Source of the DNA: Myxococcota bacterium
Lineage (GTDB): Bacteria; Myxococcota_A; UBA796; SXON01
DNA length: 64,000 nucleotides
Direction: 5' to 3'
Assembly (NCBI GenBank): GCA_040386535.1
Contig: JAZKFH010000047.1
Coordinates: forward strand, 1 to 64,000
Shown: one piece after another, positions 37,044-51,108 of the stretch
Layout: each line of letters opens with the position of its first letter
Numbering within the stretch: the stretch's first letter is position 1
The notes under the pieces: generated by a model
Database searches by the model: none
Told to the model about the DNA's origin: nothing
Seen by the model: the letters and a program-made list of their open reading frames with translations, nothing else
Program-made: the position numbers and the translations under genes

Positions 37044-38687
37044 TCACGCGGGCGCGGGCGCCGCCGGCGGCTTGTAGGACCGCGTATTGTACCACTGCTG
37101 CAGGATGCTCAAGACGGTGTTGAGCGCGTAGTAAAGGGACAAACCGGCCGGGAGCCCGAACATGAACAGCGCGAAGATGAGCGGCATGAACCGCATCATC
37201 TGCTGCTGTGCCGGGTCCATGCCGGTCATGGGCGTCATGCGCTGCTGCAGCACCATGCCGACGGCCATGAAGAAGGGGAACGCCCCGATCGGATCGGGCG
37301 CGGACAGGTCCTGGACGTGCAGGAAGCTGGCCCCGAACAGGTCGGGGCTGTGCAGGAGCGCGGTGTAGAGGGCAAAGAACACCGGCATCTGCACCAGCAT
37401 CGGCAGGCACCCGCCGAGCGGGTTGACCTTGTGCTGCTGGAACAGCGCCATCGTCTCGCGCGTCTGCGCTTCCTTGTCGTCCTTGTACTTCTCCTGCAGC
37501 TCCTTGAGCAGCGGCTGCACCTGCTGCATCGCCTTGCCGCTCTTGAACGCCTTCGCCGAGAGCGGGTAGAAGCAGATGCGCACCAGGAAGGTGAGCGCGA
37601 TGATGGAGAGGCCCCAGTTGTGGAGGCCCATGTGGAAGATGTTCAGGAAGAACAGCAGGATCTTCGAGAAGAAGCCGAAGAAGCCGAGATCGGCGGCCGC
37701 GTCGAAGTCGTGGCCCACCTCGGCCAGGCGCTCGACGTGCTTCGGGCCGGCGTAGAGCGTGAAGTGCAGGTCGATCGGCTGGTCCGGCAGGAGCGAGGCG
37801 TTCGGCCCGACGAGGTAGGCGCCGTGCCCGTTCGCCACCGGCGCCCAGCTCACGGTGCCCCAGGCGGGATCGTCGGGTGCCAGCGCTGTGAGGAAGTAGC
37901 GGTTCTCGACGCCGAACCAGCTCACCGGCCCCGGCAGGGACTCGGGCGCGGTGATGTCGGCCGGGGCGCTCATGCGCTCGAGGTCCCCGTCGACCACCGC
38001 GGAGGGGTGCGGCGCCATGTCGTAGGCCGACTCGGGCGTGCGGAACTCGTCCGAGAGCCCCACCCAGAACGGGCCGTTGAGCGGCGTCGCGGCGGAGAAG
38101 CGCACGGTCACGTCGAACACGTCGGAGGCGGCGGTCGGCGCGAAGGTCTTGGTGATCGTCAGGCCGTCCGCCGTGACGCGGCGGAGGGTCAGGGGGTTCT
38201 GCCCCACGATCTCGTAGGCGCCATCGGGCCCGAACGCGCCCCGCCCCGCGGTCGCGAACGCGCCCTGCGGGGTGAGGAGCGAGAGCACGCCGGTCTCGTC
38301 GCCGTAGGGGCGCCACGCGCCGGGGCTCTTGCCGGACACGAGGTTCCAGATCCAGGTCCACCACGGGGTGACCGTGGTCGCCTCGCGGTACTCGGGCATC
38401 TGGATCGACGCGACGCTGCCGCCGCACGTGGTCAGGCCCAGGTGCACGGTGCTCGTGTCGAGGTCCACGCGCTGCTCGGTGCAGGGGCCCGTCGGCTCCA
38501 GCGCGGCGGTGGACGTGGGGATCCCGGGCGCACCCACGGCCGGCGCGCCCGCGACGGGGGAGCCCTCGACCTGCTGGTCGACCGCGAGCGGATCGGGCTT
38601 CGGCGCCAGGAACGCCGACCACACGTAGAACACCGCGAGGCACAACACGATGGCGAGGAGCGCGCGGCGCTCGTTCGGATCTCTCAT
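37044..38687 (-). CDS. yidC: Membrane protein insertase YidC
   Basis: YAGPK, NWGLSIIALT, VNPLGGCLPMLVQMPVF, PAGLSLY. Confidence 0.96.
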   Translation of the reverse strand: MRDPNERRALLAIVLCLAVFYVWSAFLAPKPDPLAVDQQVEGSPVAGAPAVGAPGIPTSTAALEPTGPCTEQRVDLDTSTVHLGLTTCGGSVASIQMPEYREATTVTPWWTWIWNLVSGKSPGAWRPYGDETGVLSLLTPQGAFATAGRGAFGPDGAYEIVGQNPLTLRRVTADGLTITKTFAPTAASDVFDVTVRFSAATPLNGPFWVGLSDEFRTPESAYDMAPHPSAVVDGDLERMSAPADITAPESLPGPVSWFGVENRYFLTALAPDDPAWGTVSWAPVANGHGAYLVGPNASLLPDQPIDLHFTLYAGPKHVERLAEVGHDFDAAADLGFFGFFSKILLFFLNIFHMGLHNWGLSIIALTFLVRICFYPLSAKAFKSGKAMQQVQPLLKELQEKYKDDKEAQTRETMALFQQHKVNPLGGCLPMLVQMPVFFALYTALLHSPDLFGASFLHVQDLSAPDPIGAFPFFMAVGMVLQQRMTPMTGMDPAQQQMMRFMPLIFALFMFGLPAGLSLYYALNTVLSILQQWYNTRSYKPPAAPAPA

Positions 38688-38923
38688 GGAGCTCCTCCGG
38701 AGAGCGACGGCGGCTTGGGCACCGGATCGAGCCCGCCGGGATGAAAGGGATGACAACGGCAGATGCGCTTGACGCCCATCCACCCGCCGCGCGCCGGGCC
38801 CCAGAGCTGGATCGCCTCGACGGTGTAGCGGCTACACGACGGATAGAACCGGCAGATCGGCGGCATCCACGAGTGGGTGAGCCGCTGGTAGCCGCGGATC
38901 ATCGTCAGGAGGAGCCACTTCAC
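38684..38923 (-). CDS. yidD: Membrane protein insertion efficiency factor YidD
   Basis: CRFYPSCSRY...RICRCHPFHPGGLDPVP. Confidence 0.95.
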   Translation of the reverse strand: MKWLLLTMIRGYQRLTHSWMPPICRFYPSCSRYTVEAIQLWGPARGGWMGVKRICRCHPFHPGGLDPVPKPPSLSGGAP

Positions 38924-39273
38924 CGCGAGATCCGGGCGAAGAGGTCGGCCACTTCGGCCTGGAGGACGAGCAGCCCGGCGTCTCCCGCCTCGGGGCGGGG
39001 GATGAGGACCAGATCCCACGGGCCTTCGCGCGGGCCCGGGATCGCCCGGACCACCTCGCGAAGCCACCGCTTCACCCGGTTTCTCGTCACCGCGCCCCCT
39101 ACCTTCCGACTGACCGTCCATCCCACGCGGGACTCGGGATCGGCGCCGCGGCACACGACCAGCAGCAGGTGCGGCGACCGGATCTTGCGACCCGACTTCT
39201 GCACGTGCGCGTAGTCCGCGCTCTTGCGGAGCCGGCCCGTTACACCGGGTCGGTCAGTCGCGCTTGGAGGCAA
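38920..39273 (-). CDS. rnpA: RNase P protein (probable TTG start overlapping the rpmH 3' end)
   Basis: [33 protein letters not shown]. Confidence 0.92.
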   Translation of the reverse strand: MPPSATDRPGVTGRLRKSADYAHVQKSGRKIRSPHLLLVVCRGADPESRVGWTVSRKVGGAVTRNRVKRWLREVVRAIPGPREGPWDLVLIPRPEAGDAGLLVLQAEVADLFARISR

Positions 39274-39412
39274 CGGTGACGGCGATCCGGGTGCGGCCCT
39301 TGGCCCGACGGCGCCGGATGACGGCCCGCCCACCGGCGGTGCTCATGCGCTCGCGAAACCCGTGGGTGCGCTTGCGGCGGATGTTGTGCGGCTGGAAGGT
39401 ACGCTTGCTCAT
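39254..39412 (-). CDS. rpmH: 50S ribosomal protein L34 (absent from the ORF track, 52 aa)
   Basis: [40 protein letters not shown]. Confidence 0.97.
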   Translation of the reverse strand: MSKRTFQPHNIRRKRTHGFRERMSTAGGRAVIRRRRAKGRTRIAVTVASKRD

Positions 39413-39699
39413 TTTGGTCTCCGTGCCCTGTGCGTGCCATAGGCACGGCGCCGCCTACTAATCCACCCCCAGGATCGCGGCAAGCAGGACGACATCGGAT
39501 CTTTGTTCGCCCGGTTCTTCGATCCTCGCCAATTTCGCAGCGTGCCGACGTGGTGGCAGCTACTTGCGGGCGATCGTCCGCCTTGAGGGATCGGAATCGC
39601 TGCGGTAGACCGTCAGTTACGGATCGCGCGGAACCCTCGCCCCTTTGGCGGAAGGTCGTGGTTCGGACGGCGGTGATGGGCCGGAGGGGTGAGGTGTCG

Positions 39700-41007
39700 A
39701 TGGAACAGGCGTGGGATCGATTCTGCTCGGCACTAGAGCGGAAAATCGGCGAGCAGAACATGGAGATCTGGATTCGGGGCGCGTTGCGACCCGAGCTGAT
39801 CCTCCCCGAACGTGTGCGCATGCGTGCGAACAGCAAGTACTACCACGACTGGATCCGGGACAACCTGTTCAAGGAGATCGAGTCCGCCTGGGCCGAGACC
39901 CAGGGCCGGCGGACCGAGGTCGAGATGACCTGGCAGGGCGCCCCGATGGACGAGGCGCCCGTGCCCGCCGCCCGGCGCACCCCCTCGCACCTCGACCGCT
40001 CGCGCACGTTCGAGTCGTTCGTCATCGGCAAGTGCAACGAGTTCGCCCAGGCGGCCTCGATCGCCGTGGCCGACGCCCCCGGGCACGCGCACAACCCGCT
40101 GTTCATCTACGGCAGCACCGGCCTCGGCAAGACGCACCTCGTCCACGCCATCGGCAACCGCGTGGTCGCGCGCTCGAACGGCAAGGCCGGCGTCTACTAC
40201 TGCACCGCCGAGAAGTTCTTCGCGGACATGGTGCGGGCGCTGCAGACCCGCTCCATCCAGGAGTTCCGCGAGCGCTTCCGCACCGAGGTGGATGTCCTCA
40301 TCCTCGACGACGTGCAGTTCCTCGCCGGTCGTGATCGCACCGAGGAGGAGCTGTTCTACGTGTTCGAGGCCATGCGGGCCGAGGGCAAGCAGATCGTCAT
40401 CACCGCCGACGAGCCTCCCCGGAGCATCGGGAAGCTGGAGCCCCGGCTCCGCACCCGCTTCGAGGGGGGGTTGCTCGCCGACGTGCAGCCCCCCGATGTC
40501 GAGACGATGATGGCCATCCTCGCCACCAAGGCGGCGGACATGCGTCTCGACATCCCGAGCGACGTTCAGTACAACATCGCCCAGCGCGTACGGAACAGCG
40601 TGCGCGAGCTCGAGGGCGTGCTCAACCGCCTCTCCGCGCTCCAGATCTTCTACGGGCAGGCCATCTCGATGCAGTTCATCCAGGACCGGATGAGCGACAT
40701 CATCCCGCCGCCGGCGCCGCCGCCGAGCGCGGAGCAGATCATCGCGCGGGTGGCCGAGCACTACCACGTGCGCCCGGCGGACATCCGGGGCGACCGCCGT
40801 CCCGCCAACATCGCCCACCCGCGCCAGATCGCGATGTTCCTCACGCGTCGCATCACCGGGCTGTCGTTTCCGGAGATCGGGCGGGAGTTCAACCGCGACA
40901 ATTCCACCGTCCAGCACGGCTGCAAGAAGATCGAGGGCGAGATGCGCACGAACCCCAACCTGCGCGCCGAGATCGAGATGCTCGAGAAGATGTGCAAGGG
41001 CGGCTAG
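39700..41007 (+). CDS. dnaA: Chromosomal replication initiator DnaA
   Basis: NPLFIYGSTGLGKTHL, LILDDVQF, SVRELEG, PRQIAMFL; SD GAGGTG. Confidence 0.97.
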   Translation: MEQAWDRFCSALERKIGEQNMEIWIRGALRPELILPERVRMRANSKYYHDWIRDNLFKEIESAWAETQGRRTEVEMTWQGAPMDEAPVPAARRTPSHLDRSRTFESFVIGKCNEFAQAASIAVADAPGHAHNPLFIYGSTGLGKTHLVHAIGNRVVARSNGKAGVYYCTAEKFFADMVRALQTRSIQEFRERFRTEVDVLILDDVQFLAGRDRTEEELFYVFEAMRAEGKQIVITADEPPRSIGKLEPRLRTRFEGGLLADVQPPDVETMMAILATKAADMRLDIPSDVQYNIAQRVRNSVRELEGVLNRLSALQIFYGQAISMQFIQDRMSDIIPPPAPPPSAEQIIARVAEHYHVRPADIRGDRRPANIAHPRQIAMFLTRRITGLSFPEIGREFNRDNSTVQHGCKKIEGEMRTNPNLRAEIEMLEKMCKGG

Positions 41008-46085
<5,078 letters not shown>

Positions 46086-46098
46086 GAAGCCGGACCTC

Positions 46099-47115
46099 AT
46101 GCTGAACGCCATGCCCGCGGGTGCCCGCGGGAGTCGCATCGCCGGAATGGGGCACTACGTGCCGGAGCGCGTCGTCACCAACGACGACATGAAGCAGTGG
46201 ATGGACACGTCCGACGAGTGGATCCATCAGCGCACCGGCATCCGCGAGCGCCGCTGGGTCGAGGGCAACGTCGGCGCCGCCGAGCTCGGCGAGCACGCCT
46301 CCCGCATGGCGCTGGCCGAGGCGGGCCTCGAGGCCAAGGATCTCGACCTGATCCTGTTCGCCACGCTCTCGCCGGACATCAACTTCCCGGGATCGAGCTG
46401 CCTGCTCCAGGCGCGGCTCGGCGTGCCCGGCATCGCCACGCTCGACATCCGCAACCAGTGCACGGGCTTCCTCTACGGGCTCGCCACGGCGGACGCGTAC
46501 ATCCGCTCGGGCATGATGAAGAACGTGCTCGTGGTGGGCGGCGAGGTCCACAGCTCCGGGCTCGACCTGTCCACCCGCGGCCGCGACGTGACCGTGCTCT
46601 TCGGCGACGGCGCCGGGGCGGCCGTGGTCTCCGCGACGGACGGCGAGCGCCGCATCATCGACTCCGAGCTCCACGCGGACGGGCGCTACGCCGAGATCCT
46701 CATGCTCGAGGCCCCCGCCAGCCGGCACCAGCCCCGCCTGACCGAGGAGATGATCGCCCGCGGCGCCCACTTCCCGAAGATGGACGGCAAGGCGGTGTTC
46801 AAGCACGCCGTCGAGCGGATCCCCGAGGTGACCAAGAGCATCCTCGCGCGGAACAACCTCACGTTGAACGACATCGCGCTGCTGGTGCCCCACCAGGCGA
46901 ACATGCGCATCAACGAGATGGTGGTCCGCCAGCTCGGGTTCCCGCCCGAGAAGGTGGTCCACAACATCCAGAAGTACGGCAACACCACGGCGGCCTCGAT
47001 CCCCATCGCGCTGCACGAAGCCGCGGTCGAGGGCCGCATCCAGCCGGGAGAGCTCGCGCTGCTCGTGGCGTTCGGCGCGGGGCTCACCTGGGGCGCCACG
47101 CTGGTGCGCTGGTAG
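46099..47115 (+). CDS. fabH: 3-oxoacyl-ACP synthase III family protein
   Basis: NQCTGF, LFGDGAGA, PHQAN, YGNT, FGAGLTWG. Confidence 0.9.
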   Translation: MLNAMPAGARGSRIAGMGHYVPERVVTNDDMKQWMDTSDEWIHQRTGIRERRWVEGNVGAAELGEHASRMALAEAGLEAKDLDLILFATLSPDINFPGSSCLLQARLGVPGIATLDIRNQCTGFLYGLATADAYIRSGMMKNVLVVGGEVHSSGLDLSTRGRDVTVLFGDGAGAAVVSATDGERRIIDSELHADGRYAEILMLEAPASRHQPRLTEEMIARGAHFPKMDGKAVFKHAVERIPEVTKSILARNNLTLNDIALLVPHQANMRINEMVVRQLGFPPEKVVHNIQKYGNTTAASIPIALHEAAVEGRIQPGELALLVAFGAGLTWGATLVRW

Positions 47116-47116
47116 C

Positions 47117-48082
47117 ATGCCCGTGACTGCCGCCGCTCCCGCCGATTCTGCCGTCCTGTTCCGCTCGCGCGTGCTCTTCGTGAGCGGCAAGGGCGGCACC
47201 GGCAAGACGTCGGTGGCCGCCGCGATCGGCCGGCTCGCGGCCACGCAGGGGCGCCGCACGCTCGTGCTCGAGCTCGACAACCAGCGCCCGTCGCTCACGA
47301 GCATCTTCGGGGTGCGCCCCAAGTACGCGCCGGTCGAGGTCGCCAAGAACCTCTCGATCGCCAACGTCGAGTGGGTCGACGCGCTGGGGGACTGGCTCGA
47401 GGCCATCGTCAACCTGCCGCGCGTCGTGCGCCTGATCATGCGCAACCACATCGTGAGCGTGTTCCTCGAGGCCACGCCCGGCGCGCGCGACCTGGTGGTG
47501 TTGTGGCGGGTGATGGCGATCGCGCGCAGCTACGACCTGGTCGTGGTCGACATGCCCGCCTCCGGCAACGCCGTGGCGATGCTGTCAGTGGCCCACACCG
47601 CGCGGCGCCTGTTCGAGCAGGGGCCGATCCGCCGGTGCGCGGACGATCTGGTGAACCTCTACGCCCAGCCCGACACGAAGATGGTGCTCGTGGCGCTCCC
47701 CGAGGAGATGGTGGTCAACGAGACCGTCGAGACCGCCCGCCGCATCGGCGCCGATCTCGCGCCCCTCCGCGTGCCCGTCGTCGTCCTGAACCGCGCCACG
47801 CCGCCGTCCCTCTCCCCCGCGGAGTCCGCGCTGCTCGCCGGGCTGCTCGCCGGCCCGAGCGACGGGCTCGCCCGCGAGGTCCTGGAGGCCGGCCGCTGGG
47901 AGGCGCGCCTCGAGTCCGCCACCGCCGAGTCCCTCGAGCGGCTCGGCACCGAGCTCGGCCTGCCGGTGCTCGTGCTGCCCGTGCTCGCGCGGGGAGAGGG
48001 CGCGCTCCGCGTGGTCGCCCAGCTGACCTCGGCGATGGCGCGCACCAGCTCCGTGCCGATCGATCTGCGCGGGGGTGCGTAA
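47117..48082 (+). CDS. ArsA/Get3-like ATPase, subunit 1
   Basis: SGKGGTGKT, YDLVVVDMPASG, LPEEMVVNET. Confidence 0.85.
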   Translation: MPVTAAAPADSAVLFRSRVLFVSGKGGTGKTSVAAAIGRLAATQGRRTLVLELDNQRPSLTSIFGVRPKYAPVEVAKNLSIANVEWVDALGDWLEAIVNLPRVVRLIMRNHIVSVFLEATPGARDLVVLWRVMAIARSYDLVVVDMPASGNAVAMLSVAHTARRLFEQGPIRRCADDLVNLYAQPDTKMVLVALPEEMVVNETVETARRIGADLAPLRVPVVVLNRATPPSLSPAESALLAGLLAGPSDGLAREVLEAGRWEARLESATAESLERLGTELGLPVLVLPVLARGEGALRVVAQLTSAMARTSSVPIDLRGGA

Positions 48083-49206
48083 TGGCCTTTGAGACCCTCG
48101 ACCGGCTCGTGGAGCAGCAGCGCCTGATCGTGTGCGTGGGCTCGGGCGGCGTCGGCAAGACGACCAGCGCGGCGGCGATCGGCCTGCGCGCGGCGTTGCG
48201 GGGCCGGCGCGTGCTCGTCCTCACCATCGATCCCGCGCGGCGCCTCGCCAACTCGCTCGGCCTGACCGAGTTCGGCAACACCGAGGTCCGCATCGACCTG
48301 GGTGACCGCGCCACGGGCGAGCTCTGGGCGATGATGCTGGACGCGCCGAGCACCCTGGACGACGTGATCCGTCGCGTCGCCAAGGACGACGTGACGCGTG
48401 AGGCCATCTTCGCCAACAAGATCTACCGCCACATGGCGGGCAGCTTCTCCGGCAGCCAGGAGTACATGGCGACCGAGCGGCTGTACGACGTGTACGGCTC
48501 CGATCGCTACGATCTGATCGTGCTCGACACCCCGCCGGTGAAGAACGCGCTCGATTTCCTCGAATCTCCCGGCCGCCTCGTCCGCTTCCTCGATCGCCAG
48601 ATCATGAAGTGGTTCCTGACGCCGTACGAGGAGGAGAAGGTCTTCGGGAAGCGCTTCCTGATGGGCACCTCGTCGGTGGTGTACCGCCTGCTCGGGCACA
48701 TCTTCGGCCGGGAATTCCTCGACGAGCTGTCGGTCTTCTTCGCCCTGTTCAAGGACCTGTACGACGGCTTCCGCGAGCGGCACGAGGCCGTGGGCCGCCT
48801 CTTTGCCGCCACCACCACGTCGTTCCTCGTCGTGAGCGCACCGACCGAGCCCTCGGTCGACGTGGCCCGGTTCTTCCTCGACGAGCTGCGCACCCGCAAG
48901 CTCCCCATCGGCGGCGTCGTCGTGAACCAGGTCCACACCGCGAGCACCTCCGTGCCCGACGTCGACGTGCTGCTCGGCGCGGGCGCCCGCGCCCTCGACG
49001 CCGCCACCGCGGGACCGCTCCTGGCGCGGCTCGGGGCGGCCCACCGGCGCCTGCGGGACCTCTCCGTGCTCGAGGCCGCCCGGGTCGAGGAGCTCCGCCG
49101 CGCGTCGGCCGGCGCCGCGTGGGTCAAGGTCATTCCCCGCTTGCCGGACGAGGTGCACGATCTCGACGGGCTGCTCCGCCTCCACCTGAACCTCTTCGAC
49201 GCCTGA
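48082..49206 (+). CDS. ArsA/Get3-like ATPase, subunit 2
   Basis: GSGGVGKTT, TIDPARRLA, GSQEYMA, VLDTPP; TAATG overlap with subunit 1. Confidence 0.9.
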   Translation: MAFETLDRLVEQQRLIVCVGSGGVGKTTSAAAIGLRAALRGRRVLVLTIDPARRLANSLGLTEFGNTEVRIDLGDRATGELWAMMLDAPSTLDDVIRRVAKDDVTREAIFANKIYRHMAGSFSGSQEYMATERLYDVYGSDRYDLIVLDTPPVKNALDFLESPGRLVRFLDRQIMKWFLTPYEEEKVFGKRFLMGTSSVVYRLLGHIFGREFLDELSVFFALFKDLYDGFRERHEAVGRLFAATTTSFLVVSAPTEPSVDVARFFLDELRTRKLPIGGVVVNQVHTASTSVPDVDVLLGAGARALDAATAGPLLARLGAAHRRLRDLSVLEAARVEELRRASAGAAWVKVIPRLPDEVHDLDGLLRLHLNLFDA

Positions 49207-49248
49207 TCGCGAGAATCGGCGGCTATACTGTCCGCCCCGGAGTCCGCC

Positions 49249-49842
49249 ATGTTCACGGCCGTCGTTACCGCCCTGCTGCTCTCGACCGCGCCCGCCGCGG
49301 CGCAGAGCATGGCGCTCGAGCCGCAGAATCGCGCGCACGTGGGCCTGAACTACGTCAGCGGGCCCAGCGGCCTCGGCGTGACCGCCGGGTTCGACTCCCG
49401 GTTGACCCGCATCATCGCGCTCGACATCGGCGGCTTCGCCTCCCCGATCCCCATCGGGGAGGACTACGAGTGGACCGGGAGCGCGGACGCCGAAACCCCC
49501 GCCTACCGCCAGCTCCGCCACGGGATCTACGCCGCGCCCGGCATCCGGATTCCGCACGCCCAGCCCAAGAGCTGGGCGTGGGACGTGTTCGCCCGCGCGG
49601 GCGGCGGCGTCATCTGGACGGCGAACCTCTCGCCCGACGCGCCGGCCGACACCGACAGCGACTACGCCATCCGCCCCGATCCGGCGGGCATGGTCGGGGC
49701 CGACGCGCTCGTCCGCTTCGGCCGGGTCGGGGTGCGCGCGTCCGGCAAGGTCTGGATGTTCGACGTGCTGCAGACTACGCCCACGGCGAATTTTTTCGTG
49801 GTTCGCCCCCAATGGGGCATCGAGGCGCTAGTTCAGTGGTAG
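49249..49842 (+). CDS. Putative small outer-membrane beta-barrel protein
   Basis: Signal peptide, amphipathic strands, terminal Trp; upstream TATACT and GGAG. Confidence 0.7.
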   Translation: MFTAVVTALLLSTAPAAAQSMALEPQNRAHVGLNYVSGPSGLGVTAGFDSRLTRIIALDIGGFASPIPIGEDYEWTGSADAETPAYRQLRHGIYAAPGIRIPHAQPKSWAWDVFARAGGGVIWTANLSPDAPADTDSDYAIRPDPAGMVGADALVRFGRVGVRASGKVWMFDVLQTTPTANFFVVRPQWGIEALVQW

Positions 49843-49977
49843 CCATATCGCTGGACCGCGCTACATCGAATGTGGGGCATCCCAGAAAAAATCGTGGCCC
49901 GGTGCTTGACGCCTGACTCCGATTTTGTGATCCTCCGACCGTCCCAACTGTCCACAACCTAGAGAGCCACGGGCCGA

Positions 49978-50961
49978 ATGTCCCGAAATGTCTATGTGGG
50001 GAACCTCCCCTACCGCATCACCGATGACGAGGTGCGGGACGTCTTCTCCCAGAACGGCCGTGAGGTCGTCTCCGTAAACTTGATCATCGATCGCGAAACC
50101 GGGCGCCCTCGTGGCTTCGGTTTCGTGGAGATGGGCAGCGAGAAGCTCGCGGAGGACGCGGTCACCGCGCTCGACGGGTTCATGCTCGATGGTCGCCCTC
50201 TCAAGGTGAACATTGCCCGCCCCCGTGAGGGTGGCGGCGGCGGTGGTGGTATGGGGATGGGCGGTCCGCCGCGTCGTCCCCGTCCGGATGGCGCAGCGCC
50301 CTCCGTGTACCGCACTGGCGGTCCCCCCCGTGAAGGTGGTGGTGGCTACGGTGGTGGTGGTGGCTACGGCGGCGGTGGGCCGGGTGGCGGCAGTGGCGGT
50401 GGCTACGGTGGCGGCGGCGGCGCACCCAGCGGTGGTGGCGGTGGCTACGGCGGCGGGCCTCCCCGTCCCTCGGGCGGCGGCTACGGCGGTGGTGGTGGCT
50501 ACGGTGGCGGTGGCGGCGCACCCAGCGGTGGTGGCGGTGGCTACGGCGATCGTCCTCCCCGTCCCGCGGGTGGCGGCTACGGCGGCGGTGGTGGCACCGG
50601 CGGTGGCGGCTACGGCGGTGGTGGCACCGGTGGTCCGGGTGGTGGCGCCGGCGGCGCGCCGGCACGTCGCTGGGAAGGCGGCGGTGGCGGTGGTGCAGGC
50701 GGCGGTGGCGGCTACGGTGGTGGTGGCGGCGGCGGCGGTGGCTACGGTGGTGGTGGAGGGGCCGGTGGTCCTCCCCGCGGTCGCAGCTTCGGCGGTGGCG
50801 GTCGTCGGCAGACCGAGTCCGCGATCGACGAGGAGCGCAGCCGCAAGACCGCCGAGTGGGAGCGCCGCAAGGGCGCTCGCAAGAAGGGCGGCCACGAAGA
50901 CGACGATGGCGGCGATGTCGGCGGCGGCGCGGACACCGGTGGCAGCGGCGAGGAGTGGTAG
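49978..50961 (+). CDS. RRM RNA-binding protein with a long Gly/Tyr-rich tail
   Basis: RNP2 VYVGNL, RNP1 RGFGFVEM, then GGGY repeats and a charged end. Confidence 0.92.
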   Translation: MSRNVYVGNLPYRITDDEVRDVFSQNGREVVSVNLIIDRETGRPRGFGFVEMGSEKLAEDAVTALDGFMLDGRPLKVNIARPREGGGGGGGMGMGGPPRRPRPDGAAPSVYRTGGPPREGGGGYGGGGGYGGGGPGGGSGGGYGGGGGAPSGGGGGYGGGPPRPSGGGYGGGGGYGGGGGAPSGGGGGYGDRPPRPAGGGYGGGGGTGGGGYGGGGTGGPGGGAGGAPARRWEGGGGGGAGGGGGYGGGGGGGGGYGGGGGAGGPPRGRSFGGGGRRQTESAIDEERSRKTAEWERRKGARKKGGHEDDDGGDVGGGADTGGSGEEW

Positions 50962-50965
50962 CCAC

Positions 50966-51066
50966 GCGCGGGTTCCGCCCGCGCAGTCAGGCTTGCTGAC
51001 CTCCTGGGTCGACCAGGAGGTCTGAAGGTTCGAAGGCTCGCCGCGAGGCGGGCCTTCTGCCGTTTT
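50966..51066 (+). terminator. Cluster of hairpins; the last (GAAGGCTCGCC-GCGA-GGCGGGCCTTC) is a probable terminator
   Basis: Inverted repeats at 50966-50984, 50986-51000, 50998-51022 and 51032-51057, between convergent genes. Confidence 0.6.
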
Positions 51067-51108
51067 GAGGCGCGTGGGGTCAGCGCGCGCCCAGTGACCC
51101 CTTCCGCT

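Noticed and set aside
47117..49206. Arsenic-resistance link between the ArsA-like pair and arsS
   Set aside because: They are 39 kb apart, no arsB/acr3/arsC/arsR/arsD is present, and the motifs fit the non-arsenic heterodimer type
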